From Mobula hypostoma (lineage: Eukaryota): a DNA stretch of 64,000 nt. The notes under the pieces are model-generated. The model ran no database searches. It saw nothing but the letters and a program-made list of their open reading frames with translations, and was not told the origin of the DNA. Below, in pieces: positions 42,100 to 53,733 of the stretch. Both the position numbers and the translations under genes were made by a program. Each line of letters opens with the position of its first letter. The stretch's first letter is position 1. The DNA lies in the NCBI RefSeq assembly GCF_963921235.1, contig NC_086101.1:9984001-10048000 (forward strand), given 5' to 3'.

Positions 42100-42435
42100 T
42101 CATGAAAAGAAAACCTTAACAAACTTCTACAGATGTCTGGTGCAAAGTGTGCTGACTGGCTGCATTATGGCCTGCAATGGGAACACCGATGTCTTTGAGT
42201 GGAAAATCCTACAAAAGGTAGTGGATTTGGCCCCGTACATCATCGATAAAACCCCCCTAAGCATTGAACACATTCACATGAATCGTTGCCATAGCATCCA
42301 TCATCAAAAATCCTCGCCACCCAGGCCATGCTCTTTTCTCGCTACTGCCGTCAGGCAGACGGTACAAGTACCTCAGGACTTATACCACCAGGTTCAAGAA
42401 CAGCTACTACTCCTCAACCATCAGGCTCTTGAACG
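42100..42435 (+). mobile_element. Rex1/Babar 3' fragment
   Basis: TLTNFYRCLVQSVLTGCI motif. Confidence 0.65.
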
Positions 42436-42760
42436 AAAAGTGGCGGATGGAGCGATGGCGCTCGACGAAGCGGTTCCCAATCTGCACGGGCCTCGGCGAC
42501 GTAGAGGAATCCGCACGAAGAACACCGGATATAGTGGATGATCCCGGCAGACTCGCAAAAGAAGTTTCACCTCACCTGGAAGGACGCTTTGGGGAGCTGA
42601 ATGATGATGGGGGAAGAGGTATAGGGGCATGTGCAGGACTTGTCTCGCTTGCAGGGATGGGTGCCAGGAAGGAAAGCCGTGGAGAGGGATGAGAAAACCG
42701 GGGAGTCACATAGAGAACGATCCCTACGGAAAGTGGAGAAAAAGGTCGGAAGGCAGGGTA
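42435..42760 (-). mobile_element. Penelope-like GIY-YIG fragment
   Basis: PGTHPCKRDKSCTCPY..FQVR motif. Confidence 0.65.
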
Positions 42761-43019
42761 GCGTAGCAGTTCGTGCAATCACTTTTCAGCGGCAGTTATC
42801 ACCAACCGGAGTTCGATTCTATAGTTTCTTCCGGATGCTCTAGTTTCCTCCCACATTCCAATGACAGACAGTTAGGATTAGTGAGTCGTAATTATGCTAT
42901 TTTGGCCCCGGAAACTTGGTAAACCTTGCAAATACCCTCCGCACAATCCCCGGACAGACTGTGTTGATTGTTGACTCTGATTGACACCTTTCCCTGTGCA
43001 TTTCGATATTTCTGTGTCA

Positions 43020-43578
43020 CTCAGGCCCTCGTCGGTCAGGGCCAACCACGTACATTGCGTCCTGACTGTCGAGATGCGCGCCTGGGCAGCTCAATATGGA
43101 AATCAAGACGTGCCCATGTAGCAAGCTGCCCTCTCCGAAGATTAACCCAATGAATGACGGAGATCGATACAGTTTGGGGCACCAGCAGCATCGCAGGAGT
43201 TGCTAGTAAGCTTTGAACTCAACGTGCGACTCCGGCTCCGAATGTTTCCGTCGGAGTCTACTCCCGAAGCCTTCCTCATAAATGGGTATACAGTATCCGC
43301 AAGGCAGCAGGGTTTTCCTTCTCCTTGATGACCAGCCAACCGTGCTAATGAGCCCACCGTGCTAATGAGCCCCATTTGCCAGAAGCGACTGGATTAAAGG
43401 CGCCAGTAACCCTCATTTGCCCCTTCCTCTGACAGAGTCACGGTTTCACCGGACTTCGTAGCCAAGCCACACGTGAAGGCCAGGAGCTGGACTTGGTTGT
43501 CAGAAGCTATTTCAGGTGCCCACCATTCGCAGCATTTAATAGGCAGTGGGTGCTTGTCCCCATTACAATCCCTGGCTC
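43020..43578 (-). mobile_element. RTE-derived non-autonomous element, second copy
   Basis: Shares the GACAACCAAGTCCARCTCCTGGCCTTCWCGTGTGGCTT core with 610-1168. Confidence 0.55.
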
Positions 43579-43639
43579 TAACAACCTTTTGTACACGTGA
43601 CAAAGGATTTTTTTTTTCTCTTCTCTGTCTTTAGTTCAT

Positions 43640-45765
43640 AGTCGTTAAAAGAAAATCGCATGGATAAACTACAACAATTGTTCATCCCAGTTTGGCAAAA
43701 GAATAAACCAGGGAAGGTAGTACACCCGTGGCTGACAAGTGAAATTAGGGATAGTATCAATTCCAAAGAAGAAGCATACAAATTAGCCAGAAAAAGTGGC
43801 TCACCTGAGGACTGGGAGAAATTCAGAGTTCAGCAGAGGAGGACAAAGGGCTTAATTAGGAAAGGGAAAAAAGATTATGAGAGAAAACTGGCAGGGAACA
43901 TAAAAACTGACTGTAAAAGCTTTTATAGATATGTGAAAAGAAAAAGATTGGTTAAGACAAATGTAGGTGCCTTACAGACAGAAACAGATGAATTGATTGT
44001 GGGGAGCAAGGACATGGCAGACCAATTGAATAACTACTTTGATTCTGTTTTCACTAAGGAGGACATAAATAATCTTCTGGAAATAGTAGGGGACAGAGGG
44101 TCCAGTGAGATGGAGGAACTGAGGGAAATACATGCTAGTAGGGAAGTGGTATTTGGTAAATTGAAGGGATTAAAGGCAGATAAATCCCCAGGGCCAGATG
44201 GTCTGCATCCCAGAGTGCTTAAGGAAATAGCCCAAGAAATAGTGGATGCATTAGTGATAATTATTCAAAACTCGTTGGATTCTGGGCTAATTCCTGAGGA
44301 TTGGAGGGTGGCTAATGTAACCCCGCTTTTTAAAAAAGGAGGGAGAGAGGAACCGGGGAATTATAGACCGGTTAGCCAAACATCGGTGGTGGGGAAAACG
44401 CTAGAGTCAGTTATCAAAGATGTGATAACAGCACATTTGGAAAGTGGTGAAATCATCGGACAAAGTCAGCATGGATTTGTGAAAGGAAAATCATGTCTGA
44501 CGAATCTCATATAATTTTTTGAGGATGTAACTAGTAGAGTGGATAGGGGAGAACCAGTGGATGTGGTATATTTGGATTTTCAAAAGACATTTGACAAGGT
44601 CCCACACAGGAGGTTAGCATGCAAACTTAACGCACACAGTATTATGGGTAAGGTATTGATGTGGATAGAGAATTGGTTGGCAGACAGGAAGCAAAGAGTG
44701 GGAATAAATGGGACCTTTTCAGAATGGCGGGCAGTGACTAGTGGGGTACCGCAAGGCTCAGTGCTGTGACCCCAGTTGTTTACAATATATATTAATGACT
44801 TAGATGAGGGAATTAAATGCAGCATTTCCAAGTTTGCGGATGACACGAAGCTGGGCGGCAGTGTTAGCTGTGAGGAGGATGCTAAGAGGATGCAAGGTGA
44901 CTTGGATAGGTTAGGTGAGTGGGCAAATTCATGGCAGATGCAATTTAATGTGGATAAATGTGAGGTTATCCACTTTGGTGGCAAAAACAGGAAAACAGAT
45001 TATTATCTGAATGGTGGCCAATTAGGAAAAGGGGAGGTGCAACGAGACCTGGGTGTCATTATACACCAGTCATTGAAAGTGGGCATGCAGGTACAGCAGG
45101 TGGTGAAAAAGGCGAATGGTATGCTGGCATTTATAGCTAGAGGATTCGAGTACAGGAGCAGGGAGGTACTACTGCAGTTGTACAAGGCCTTGATGAGACC
45201 ACACCTGGAGTATTGTGTGCAGTTTTGGTCCCCTAATCTGAGAAAAGACATCCTTGCCATAGAGGGAGTACAAAGAAGGTTCACCAGATTGAGTCCTGAG
45301 ATGGCTGGACTTTCATATGATGAAAGACTGGATCGACTAGGCTTATACTCATTGGAATTTAGTAGATTGAGGGGGGATCTTATTGAAACATATAAAATCC
45401 TAAAGGGATTGGACAGGCGAGATGCAGGAAGATTGTTCCCGATGTTGGGGAAGTCCAGAACGAGGAGTCACAGTTTGAGGATAAAGGGGAAGCCTTTTAG
45501 GACCGAGATGAGGAAAAACTTCTTCACACAGAGAGTGGTGAATCTGTGGAATTCTCTGCCACAGGAAACAGTTGAGGCCAGTTCATTGGCTATATTTAAG
45601 AGGGAGTTAGATATGGCCCTTGTGGCTACGGGGGTCAGGGGGTATGGAGGGAAGGCTGGGGCGGGGTTCTGAGTTGGATGATCAGCCATGATCATACTGA
45701 ATGGTGGTGCAGGCTCGAAGGGCCGAATGGCCTACTCCTGCACCTATTTTCTATGTTTCTATGTT
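43640..45765 (+). mobile_element. 5'-truncated young CR1, same family as 56847-61710
   Basis: RT ORFs at 43660-45672 with two stops; near-identical protein to 57379-59547; TTTCTATG tail. Confidence 0.92.
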
Positions 45766-46739
45766 TATACTGTCGAGATGAAGCAACACTCAGGTTGGAG
45801 GAACCACACCTTGCATTCCATCCTGAATTCAGGAGACTGAGGCTGCAAATGCTGGAATCTGGCGATGCAGCCCAAATTCCTGCAGAAGCAGGATCCCGAC
45901 CCTCCTCTTGGCTCCACTGACGCTGCTTAACCCATTGAGTTCTTCCAACAGGTTAACTTGCGCTCCGGATTTCAGGACTCCGCCAACCCAACTGACTGAT
46001 GTGAGAAAGTTCAGATTATTGCAGAGCCGCTCTCACCCATAAGGTGAGGATGGCGAACTAAGACACACAAAATGCGGGAGGAAATCAGCACGTCAGGCTG
46101 CATTCACGGAAATGAACAAACAGTCGACGTTTCGGTCCAAGACCCTTCCTCAGAATCAGAAATGAAGGAGGAAGACTCCAGAATAATAAAAGTGTAGGAA
46201 GGGGAAGGAGGATAGAGGAAAATAAGATGCATTTCCCTGTGCGGCCAGCACGTGGGGGAATTGCTCCAGTTATTCGCTCTCACACTCTACCATCACACTG
46301 TCGGGACAGAATGTGCATCAGATGCCGAGCGCACACCCAAAGCTCCTCCCCTGTCCCACAGAGGTTGTGGAGAATTACTCTGGTCCACACGCGCCCGATC
46401 TCCTTACCAGTGAGAGCGCATCACAGACTGAGGGTATCACAAGTTTCAGAAGTCTGGGAACACAGTGCTTCAGCACCTGTCGAAGAAACAGTCATCAACA
46501 ACAACTGACACAGACATGATATACAGTCAGAGCCCCTTTATCCCCAGCTTGGGAATGTCAAATACTACAGGGAGTAAATATAACGAGGGAGCAGAAAGTT
46601 TGGAGGAAATTGATGAGGCAAGTTTATTTTACACAGAGAATTCTAAGATCCTGGAACGCCAAGGGAGGTGATGGAAGCAGATAAAACAGCAACATTTATG
46701 AGGTATTTAGATAGACACATACAGACAGGAATGGAAGCA

Positions 46740-47330
46740 AGACACACAAAATGCTGGAGGAACTCAGCAAGCCATACAGCATCTATGGCAAAGAGTTAAT
46801 TGACGCTTTTGGCCAAGGTACTTCATCAGGTCTGAAATAAAAAGATGAGAAGTCAGGTGGCAGGGCGGAGGAGGAAGTACAAGGTAGTAGGTGACAGGTG
46901 AAACCAGGAAAGGAGGAGGGGTGACGTGAAGAGCTGGGAAGTCGATTGGTGAAAAAGATAAAGGGATTGTGAAGGGGAATCTGAACGGAGAGCACTGAAG
47001 GCCATGGGAGAAAGGGGTGGGGCACCAGAGGGAGGGGAGGCGCATGTAAGGAGATAAAGTGAGAGAGGGAAATTGGAATAGGGAATGGTGAAGGAGAGGT
47101 GGGGGGGGGAAACAATGACAGGAAGATCGAGAAATTGATGTTCATGCCATCAGGTTGGAGGCTACCCAGACGGAATATAAGGTGTTGCACCTCCAACCTG
47201 AGTGTGGCCTCAATGCGACAGTAGAGGAGGCCATGGAGTGACATGCCAGAATGGGAATGGGAAGTCGAACTGAAATTGGTGGCCACTAGGAGATCCCGCC
47301 TTTTCTGGCGGACGGAGAGTAGGTGTTTAT
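46740..47330 (-). mobile_element. Penelope-like 3' end with pLTR
   Basis: GLLYCRIEATLRLEVQHLIFRLGSLQPDGMNINFS; decayed hammerhead at 46800-46833. Confidence 0.75.
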
Positions 47331-47704
47331 ATTCCATATGGATATCCTCAAAGGTCGAAGACCAGGACTGAATATTTCAGATTAATTTCAGATTTCAATT
47401 ATTTACAGAAAGTGATGTTTTTACATCTGTTTTTTACGCAGAGAGTGCTGAGTGTGTGGAATGGGCTGCCGGCAGCGGTGGTGGAGGCGGATACGATAGG
47501 ATCTTTTAAGAGACTTTTGGATAGATACATGGAGTTTAGAAAAATAGAGGGCCTTGTGTAACCCTAGATAATTTCTAAGGTTAGGACATGTTCGGCACAG
47601 CTTTGTGGGCCGAAGGGCCTGCATTGTGCTGTAGGTTTTGTATGTTTCTATGTTTCTACATTTAACCATTCTTTTACATCCTAGTCAAAATAATTATTTC
47701 AGTT

Positions 47705-47740
47705 AGTCCTGACGAAGGGTCTCGGCCCGAAACGTCGACT
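47705..47740 (+). ncRNA. Minimal type I hammerhead ribozyme (Penelope-type)
   Basis: AGTC-CTGACGA-A-GGGT(CTCG)GCCC-GAAA-CG-TC-GACT: stem I AGTC/GACT, CUGANGA and GAAA core boxes, stem II, palindromic ACGT stem III. Predicted cleavage after GUC at 47736. Confidence 0.75.
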
Positions 47741-47803
47741 GTACCTCTTCCTATAGATGCTGCTTGGTCTGCTGCGTTCACCAGCACTTTTTATGTGTGT
47801 TGC
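47705..47803 (+). mobile_element. 99-bp Penelope pLTR-derived mini-insertion carrying the hammerhead
   Basis: Perfect 14-bp direct repeat TAATTATTTCAGTT at 47691-47704 and 47804-47817. Confidence 0.8.
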
Positions 47804-47850
47804 TAATTATTTCAGTTCCTTTTCATTTTTCCATATGCCCTGGCCGGGCA

Positions 47851-47929
47851 GGGATACTTCCTTCCGGTTTCTTTCACATTCAGACGTGCTTGTTCTCTTT
47901 CTGTTTCCTTCGCTTTCTGTGATGAGTCA
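47851..47929 (+). promoter_or_regulatory. Putative immune-inducible promoter of TRIM gene B
   Basis: NF-kB-like GGGATACTTCC (47851), ETS CTTCCGG, IRF core TTTCTGTTTC (47898-47907), AP-1 TGAGTCA (47923-47929). Confidence 0.35.
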
Positions 47930-48075
47930 GAAGAAGCCAGGAAAGTTATTTGCAGCAAAAGAACGCTCATACCCGAAAACTGCAGCGCCTGCAGTGGACA
48001 ATCACGGTAGTGCATGGGTTCAGCAGCCCCTCGGAAATTGAAATGATCCTGAATCAGGAAGTGTCGGGGTTTAAC

Positions 48076-48486
48076 ATGGCTTCCAAAGATCATTTCGAGA
48101 GTCTAATCGAGGAGACAATTTGTCCCATCTGCCTGGATTTCTTCGCTGATCCAGTATCACTGGAATGTGAACACAATTTCTGCCGCTCCTGTATCACAGG
48201 CTGCTGGGAAAGGGAGGAGAACAACTCCTGCCCGGAATGTAAAACAGAGTTTGCGGACCGGACCCTCAGGGCAAGTCGGATTTTAGGGAGACTGGCTGCG
48301 AAAGCTCGGAATCTATACCTGAAGCCGAAAGAGAAGGAAAATAAACTTCACTGCGAAGAACACGAGTTAGAATTGAAACTGTTTTGTGAAACTGATAGGA
48401 AATTGATCTGCGTGATTTGTGCGACTGCGCAGGAACACAAGTCTCATGACTTCATGCCGATTAAAGAAGCTGTTGAAATCTGCAAG
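48076..48486 (+). CDS. TRIM gene B exon 1 (RING + B-box2)
   Basis: ATG at 48076 (MASKDHFESL); RING and B-box Cys/His intact; AAG|GTAAAA; 411 nt as in gene A. Confidence 0.93.
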
Positions 48487-48558
48487 GTAAAACATACTGA
48501 ACACGCATTCTCCTCATTGTATCTTTATTTTCTGATGGTCTTATTTACTGATTCCTAG

Positions 48559-48654
48559 GATCGGGTGAAATCTTCCATAAAATTTCTCACAGAGAAGAAA
48601 TCAGTGCTCCTGGAAATGGAACGGCAACAGAAAGATAAGATCTCCCGAGTTCGG
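48559..48654 (+). CDS. TRIM gene B exon 2
   Basis: CTAG|GATCGG..CGG|GTGAG; 96 nt; open. Confidence 0.9.
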
Positions 48655-49037
48655 GTGAGGCTTCCTGAGGAGAATTCCGATACTCTCGTGTGGTTTGGTT
48701 CCATTTCATGCACAATTGCAGTTTTGCAGCAGGTAGTCCCGTGGTTTCACAGATTCTATGACCTATTTCGATCCTGCTGACTGCGTTGAGTTTACGCTCT
48801 TCTGTGTCCATGACAGGGCTCATCCAAAAGTATTTCTGGGTCAACTGTTAAATAGTCACTTCAATCAACTTTGTGACTTACATTGGGTGGTATGTGAATC
48901 ATCAGGGAGATAACGTGGGGGAGAAAAGGGATCAGGAAAGTGTGAGGAAATGGGATAGACTTTAAATGGAGGAACAGTCATCTTTCATGGTCATAACGCC
49001 ACCATAAATATATTAATCATTGTCTTTCATTTGACAG

Positions 49038-49271
49038 GAACAATCCAGCAGCCTACAGTCCCACATCACTTCGCAGTTTGCTGAAATGCACCAGATTCTC
49101 AACGAGAAAGAGCAGCACTTACTCAGAGATCTCAGAGAAAAAGCGGAAAGTATTCTAAACTCGATGCAGAAAAATCTTCGAGTCATTCAAGAGAATTTGA
49201 ATTCTCTTCTGAAGGAACTCTCGAATTTACTGCAACAGTTGGATGAAAACGACAGTGTGATGTTTCTGCAG
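49038..49271 (+). CDS. TRIM gene B exon 3 (coiled coil)
   Basis: ACAG|GAACAA..CAG|GTGAGA; 234 nt; open. Confidence 0.9.
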
Positions 49272-50634
49272 GTGAGAGGTTACATTAAAGTTTGGTTCAG
49301 TAAAAGCGCACAGTCAAAAAATGTGAGATCTGTTCCATATGGGGAGTGATATATTTTAAATAAATGAAATGTTGGCCAATTGGTAAAACTCTGATTTAAA
49401 GCTAATAAACACATGGTCTGTTCTCAGGCTGTTGTTGTCCCCAGATTAGCCTCTAAAAGATTTGGACGTCGTTTCAACCAAATATACTGCATATTTCCGG
49501 AATCTCGCACTCAGTTCCAGTAGCCGTCATATCTAATAACTTCTGAAGCAGTGAGTGTCTTTTCATTGGTCAGTGGGGACTGAGGTTAAATTCCAGAATG
49601 TGACACACACCTCTGACTTATCACCTTTATTCAGTGTGCATTAGCAGTAGTGAGTTACACACAAAGATAAAGGCTCTCAGCCAGAAACGTCAGCTGTGTA
49701 TTTCCCTCCATAGATGTTACCTGACCTGCTGAGCTCCTCCATCATTTTGTGTGTGTTCTCAATATTCCCAGCATGTGCACCAAGCCCATCATAAATAATT
49801 GGAATTACACTGTCCTTCATGTACTGTACTTACTGAGCTTCCCCATTCCAGATGACCTCTGCTGTCTGCTGCCACCACATTCGCAGTTTCACGTCCTCTT
49901 CACTGACACCTGAAATGTTGCATTAAAACCACCTTATATTTTCACTTTGCTTTTTGCTCTCCCCAGAACAGGACATGCCCTTTGGCTCACGATGTGGTGC
50001 TGAACTAATTAAATTAGGAATCAAATTCCCAACCAAACTAATTCCTTCTGCCTACATAATGTCCACGTCCCCCTGGCACATTCATCTGCCTAAGAGCTTC
50101 TTGCACATCTCCGTCCTCCACCACCACCCCAGGCAACACAATCTGAGCACTCATCATCCCTGTGCCCGCCTCTCTCCCACATCTCCTCTGAATTTACCCC
50201 TTCTCATCTTAAATACTGTCCTCCAATATTAAACATCTCAACCATGTGAAAAGATAACAGCTGCCTACACTATCTTTTCCTCTCATAACCTTAGAAAGCT
50301 CTATCAGATCTCCCCCTCAACACCCTCCACTCCAGATAAAACAACACAAGTCTGTCCCACCTCCCCTTATAGCAAGTGCACGCTCATCTAGGAGGCATCC
50401 TGGTAAGATGCTTCTGCAGGTTCTCTACCGGGAAGGCACCAATGGAGCAACCAGATTGAATAAAAGACTAAATTGGTAAATAGTGATGTAAATTACTTAC
50501 TTCAGACATCACTGACATTCTCTGCCCCCAAGCACATATTTCTCCGCTTTATCCTTTTCCTCCTTTATTCTGCTCCATTGTTATCACTTGCTGCTGATGT
50601 TTGTATAGAATGTTTTGAGATCCTAATTCGTCGT

Positions 50635-51022
50635 TTTGAAACGTATAAGATCCTAAAGGGATTGGACAGGCTAGATGCAGGAAGATGGTTCCCGATGTTG
50701 GGGAAGTCCAAAATGAGGGGCCACAGTTTGAGGATAGAGGGGAAGCCTTTTAGGACCGAGATTAGGAAAAACTTCTTCACACAGAGAGTGGTGAATCTGT
50801 GGAATTCTCTGCCACAGGAAACAGTTGAGGCCAGTTCATTGGCTATATTTAAGAGGGAGTTAGATATGGCCCTTGTGGCTACGGGGGTCAGGGGGTATGG
50901 AGGGAAGGCTGGGGCGGGGTTCTGAGTTGGATGATCAGCCATGATCATAACAAATGGCGGTGCAGGCTCGAAGGGTCGAATGGCCTACTCCTGCACCTAT
51001 TTTCTATGTTTCTATGTTTCTA
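50635..51022 (+). mobile_element. CR1 3' end, same young family
   Basis: Near-identical to 45385-45765. Confidence 0.88.
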
Positions 51023-53014
51023 TTTGCCAAAGACTTTTCATGGCCCTTCCTGGCTCTCCTAATTTCCTTCTGGAGTTCTTTGCTGGCTTCTTTGCAAACA
51101 TCAAAAGCTCCATTGAATTTAGTTTACAAGACTTTACATATAATTCTTTTATCTTCTCTTTTGTTATCCAGTGCCATCATTGTCCATCATTCCTGCTGGA
51201 ACATAGCTGTCCTATACTCTGTACAATTATTCTGTCAACACTCTCCACATGCCAGATGTGGATTTACCAAATGACTACTGTTTCCAATTAACTCTCCCTT
51301 AGTCCTGCCTAAAATTATTGTAACTTCCCTGCTCTCCTGTAATGTCTGTACTTATCTTTATCTATAGCTGTCATAAAATTTAAGGAGCTGTGCCTACTGT
51401 TCTCTAACCATGCTCCCACCAAAAAAAAACATTCAATTTGCTAGGCTCATTACTGAACACGAGGTTAAGTTCTGTCCTTCCTCTCGCTGAACTGTCTACA
51501 TATTGATTTCAGAACCCTCCTAGATGCATTCATTGTTGGACTAGGGAGCTCCCAGTCTATGTTAGGGAAGTTGAAGTCACTTACCACAATCCGGTTGTTT
51601 ATACAGCTTTACACCTTCTGCCTGCATAGCTTTTACACACAGTCACATTGCTTGTCGCGGGGTGTTGGGTGTGGGGTCTGTCGTATAATCCCACCAGCGT
51701 TTCCTATTGTGAAGTTCTACCTGTGGTTGAGCCCCCTGTTATGGCTGGACTGGGTGCAGCTGTAATTATGTCCCTGATTAATAGCATAATGCACCCGCTT
51801 CCATTTATCTCCTACTCCATACTTCCTTACAACATCAAATCCTTGGAATGTTAGTATCTATTCCTGTCCCTCTCTCAACCACATCTCTGTAATGGACACA
51901 ACATCTTGGACCATGTGCTGTTCCATGCTCCAAATTCACCTCCCTTCATACACACACTTTAACCCATCCATCCTATTGTGTCTATTACCTTGCTGCTCTC
52001 TGTTCTTACTGGTCATTATATCTATTGTTACGTACCCCGTAACTGGGTTGCCAAACCAGCAGAAATGGACCGCTTAGTTGGAGTCTGGATTACTGGAACT
52101 AAGAAAGTTTTATTAAAGAAATAAGTAACACAGTACTCTAATCGTAAGGATATAAATGCAACAGGTTAGCAATGATAAAACACACATGTATACAGAGCTC
52201 GGATAAATGGGAATCAGTCAAGCTCTATTGCAGTCGAGGGGTAAAATGACCAGTCTCAAGTGACGCAGAGTTCAGTTCAGCTGAGAACAGTTCGTAGTAA
52301 TCGCTGTTGTGCCATTGGAGAGAGAGAGAGAGAGAGCGAATGCAAATTTCAATTCAACAGACCTTTGATGTTCCCCGCAGTTAGCTTTCGGGCGAGCCCT
52401 TTTTAATGTCTTCTGAGGTCACCGACTGTGACCCCTCTTGGTGAACCCGGAACTCAGGAAAGGGTGGACACACACACCAGGCTCCCGCCGATCGTACCTT
52501 TTCACCCTGTGCGTCTATGGTCGGTCCCGCAACCAGACCTCCAAACTCCCACCAACTTGTTGGGGGGGGGGCACACCGCACTTCCAGGGTCTCGCTATCT
52601 CGGGATCTCGTGGTGTCTGTCGTGCCTTAGCAAACCTGTTCCTTTTATCCCCCTGCTGGGGTATCGCCAATCCATCAAACTTCAAACAGTTCAGGTTCAA
52701 AGCAACCGGTCTGTCAATACTCAGAACTGTGTCTCTTTTCGTTAACCTCTCTCCTCTCTAATTAACATGTTGAACGCTTCTCCCTTTGTCTCTCTTATCT
52801 CTCTCATCAGCATCAATCTTCTGATAACTTGGTTTTTCGTCACACCCCTACCCTTCAAAGGATTTTTACCGGGGTAAAAATTATAGGCATGAATACATTA
52901 TTAGATACACACCAATATACAGGGTCATCAGCTATTTGGCTAATACAGAGAACTTTAAGTTGTCAACACTTTGACAGACAGTCAGCAATCACCTTTCCGT
53001 TCCTTTTATATGTG

Positions 53015-53522
53015 TTATTTTAATAATCCTCTAAGACCAGGCTCCAATTTAGCAAACTTCATGGTGGTCAAAAACACTAATGAGTTGTGATCAGTGTAAC
53101 TTCTCAGTGGTTTCCGTCCTGGACAAATATAACAAGGGTCATCCCCGCTCAAACTTCGCATTCTTTTGCAGGAGCTTAGTAAGAGGGAGGGTAATATCCG
53201 CAAAGTTTTTGCAAAACTTCCGATAGTACCCCACCATCTCCAAGAACCTTCTCAGGGCTCTCTTGTCTGTCAGGGTGGGGACTTCAGAGATAGCCAGCAC
53301 CTTAGCCTGCATTGGAGCCAGCTGCCCCTGTCCTACCACAAACCCCATAGAAGTGACCTTCACGTGGCTGAAGTCGCTTTTTGCGAGGTTCACTGTTTGG
53401 CTGGCTTCAAACAGCCATTTAAACAGTGCCACAATGTGCTCCTCCCACGTGTCACTCCACACCACTAAATCGCCAATATACGCTTCTGTGTTCTTTAGCC
53501 CTTTTGTCACTGAATTAATCAT
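53015..53522 (-). pseudogene. Gypsy RT and RNase H remnants
   Basis: YIGDLVVWSDTWEEH (degenerate YxDD), RRFLEMVGYYRKFC, YTDHNSLVFL; large internal deletions. Confidence 0.8.
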
Positions 53523-53733
53523 CCTAAATAGGGATGTTGCTCACTAGGCTGACCTGATGTGACAACAACACCATGTCCCGGCTCTTTGCATCGCCTCGGG
53601 ACATCCAGACGTACGTGTGCGTGCTGTTTAATTAGCTTTATTGTCGGCTCACTCTGTTCGGGGGTTACGTGAGAGAGCTCATCAGCAAAGTTGGCCAAAA
53701 CAATAGAGTTCTCCCATCTGGTCGGCACCATAC

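Noticed and set aside
50473..50925. 150-aa ORF with a hydrophobic N-terminus
   Set aside because: Chance fusion of intron sequence to a CR1 3' end.
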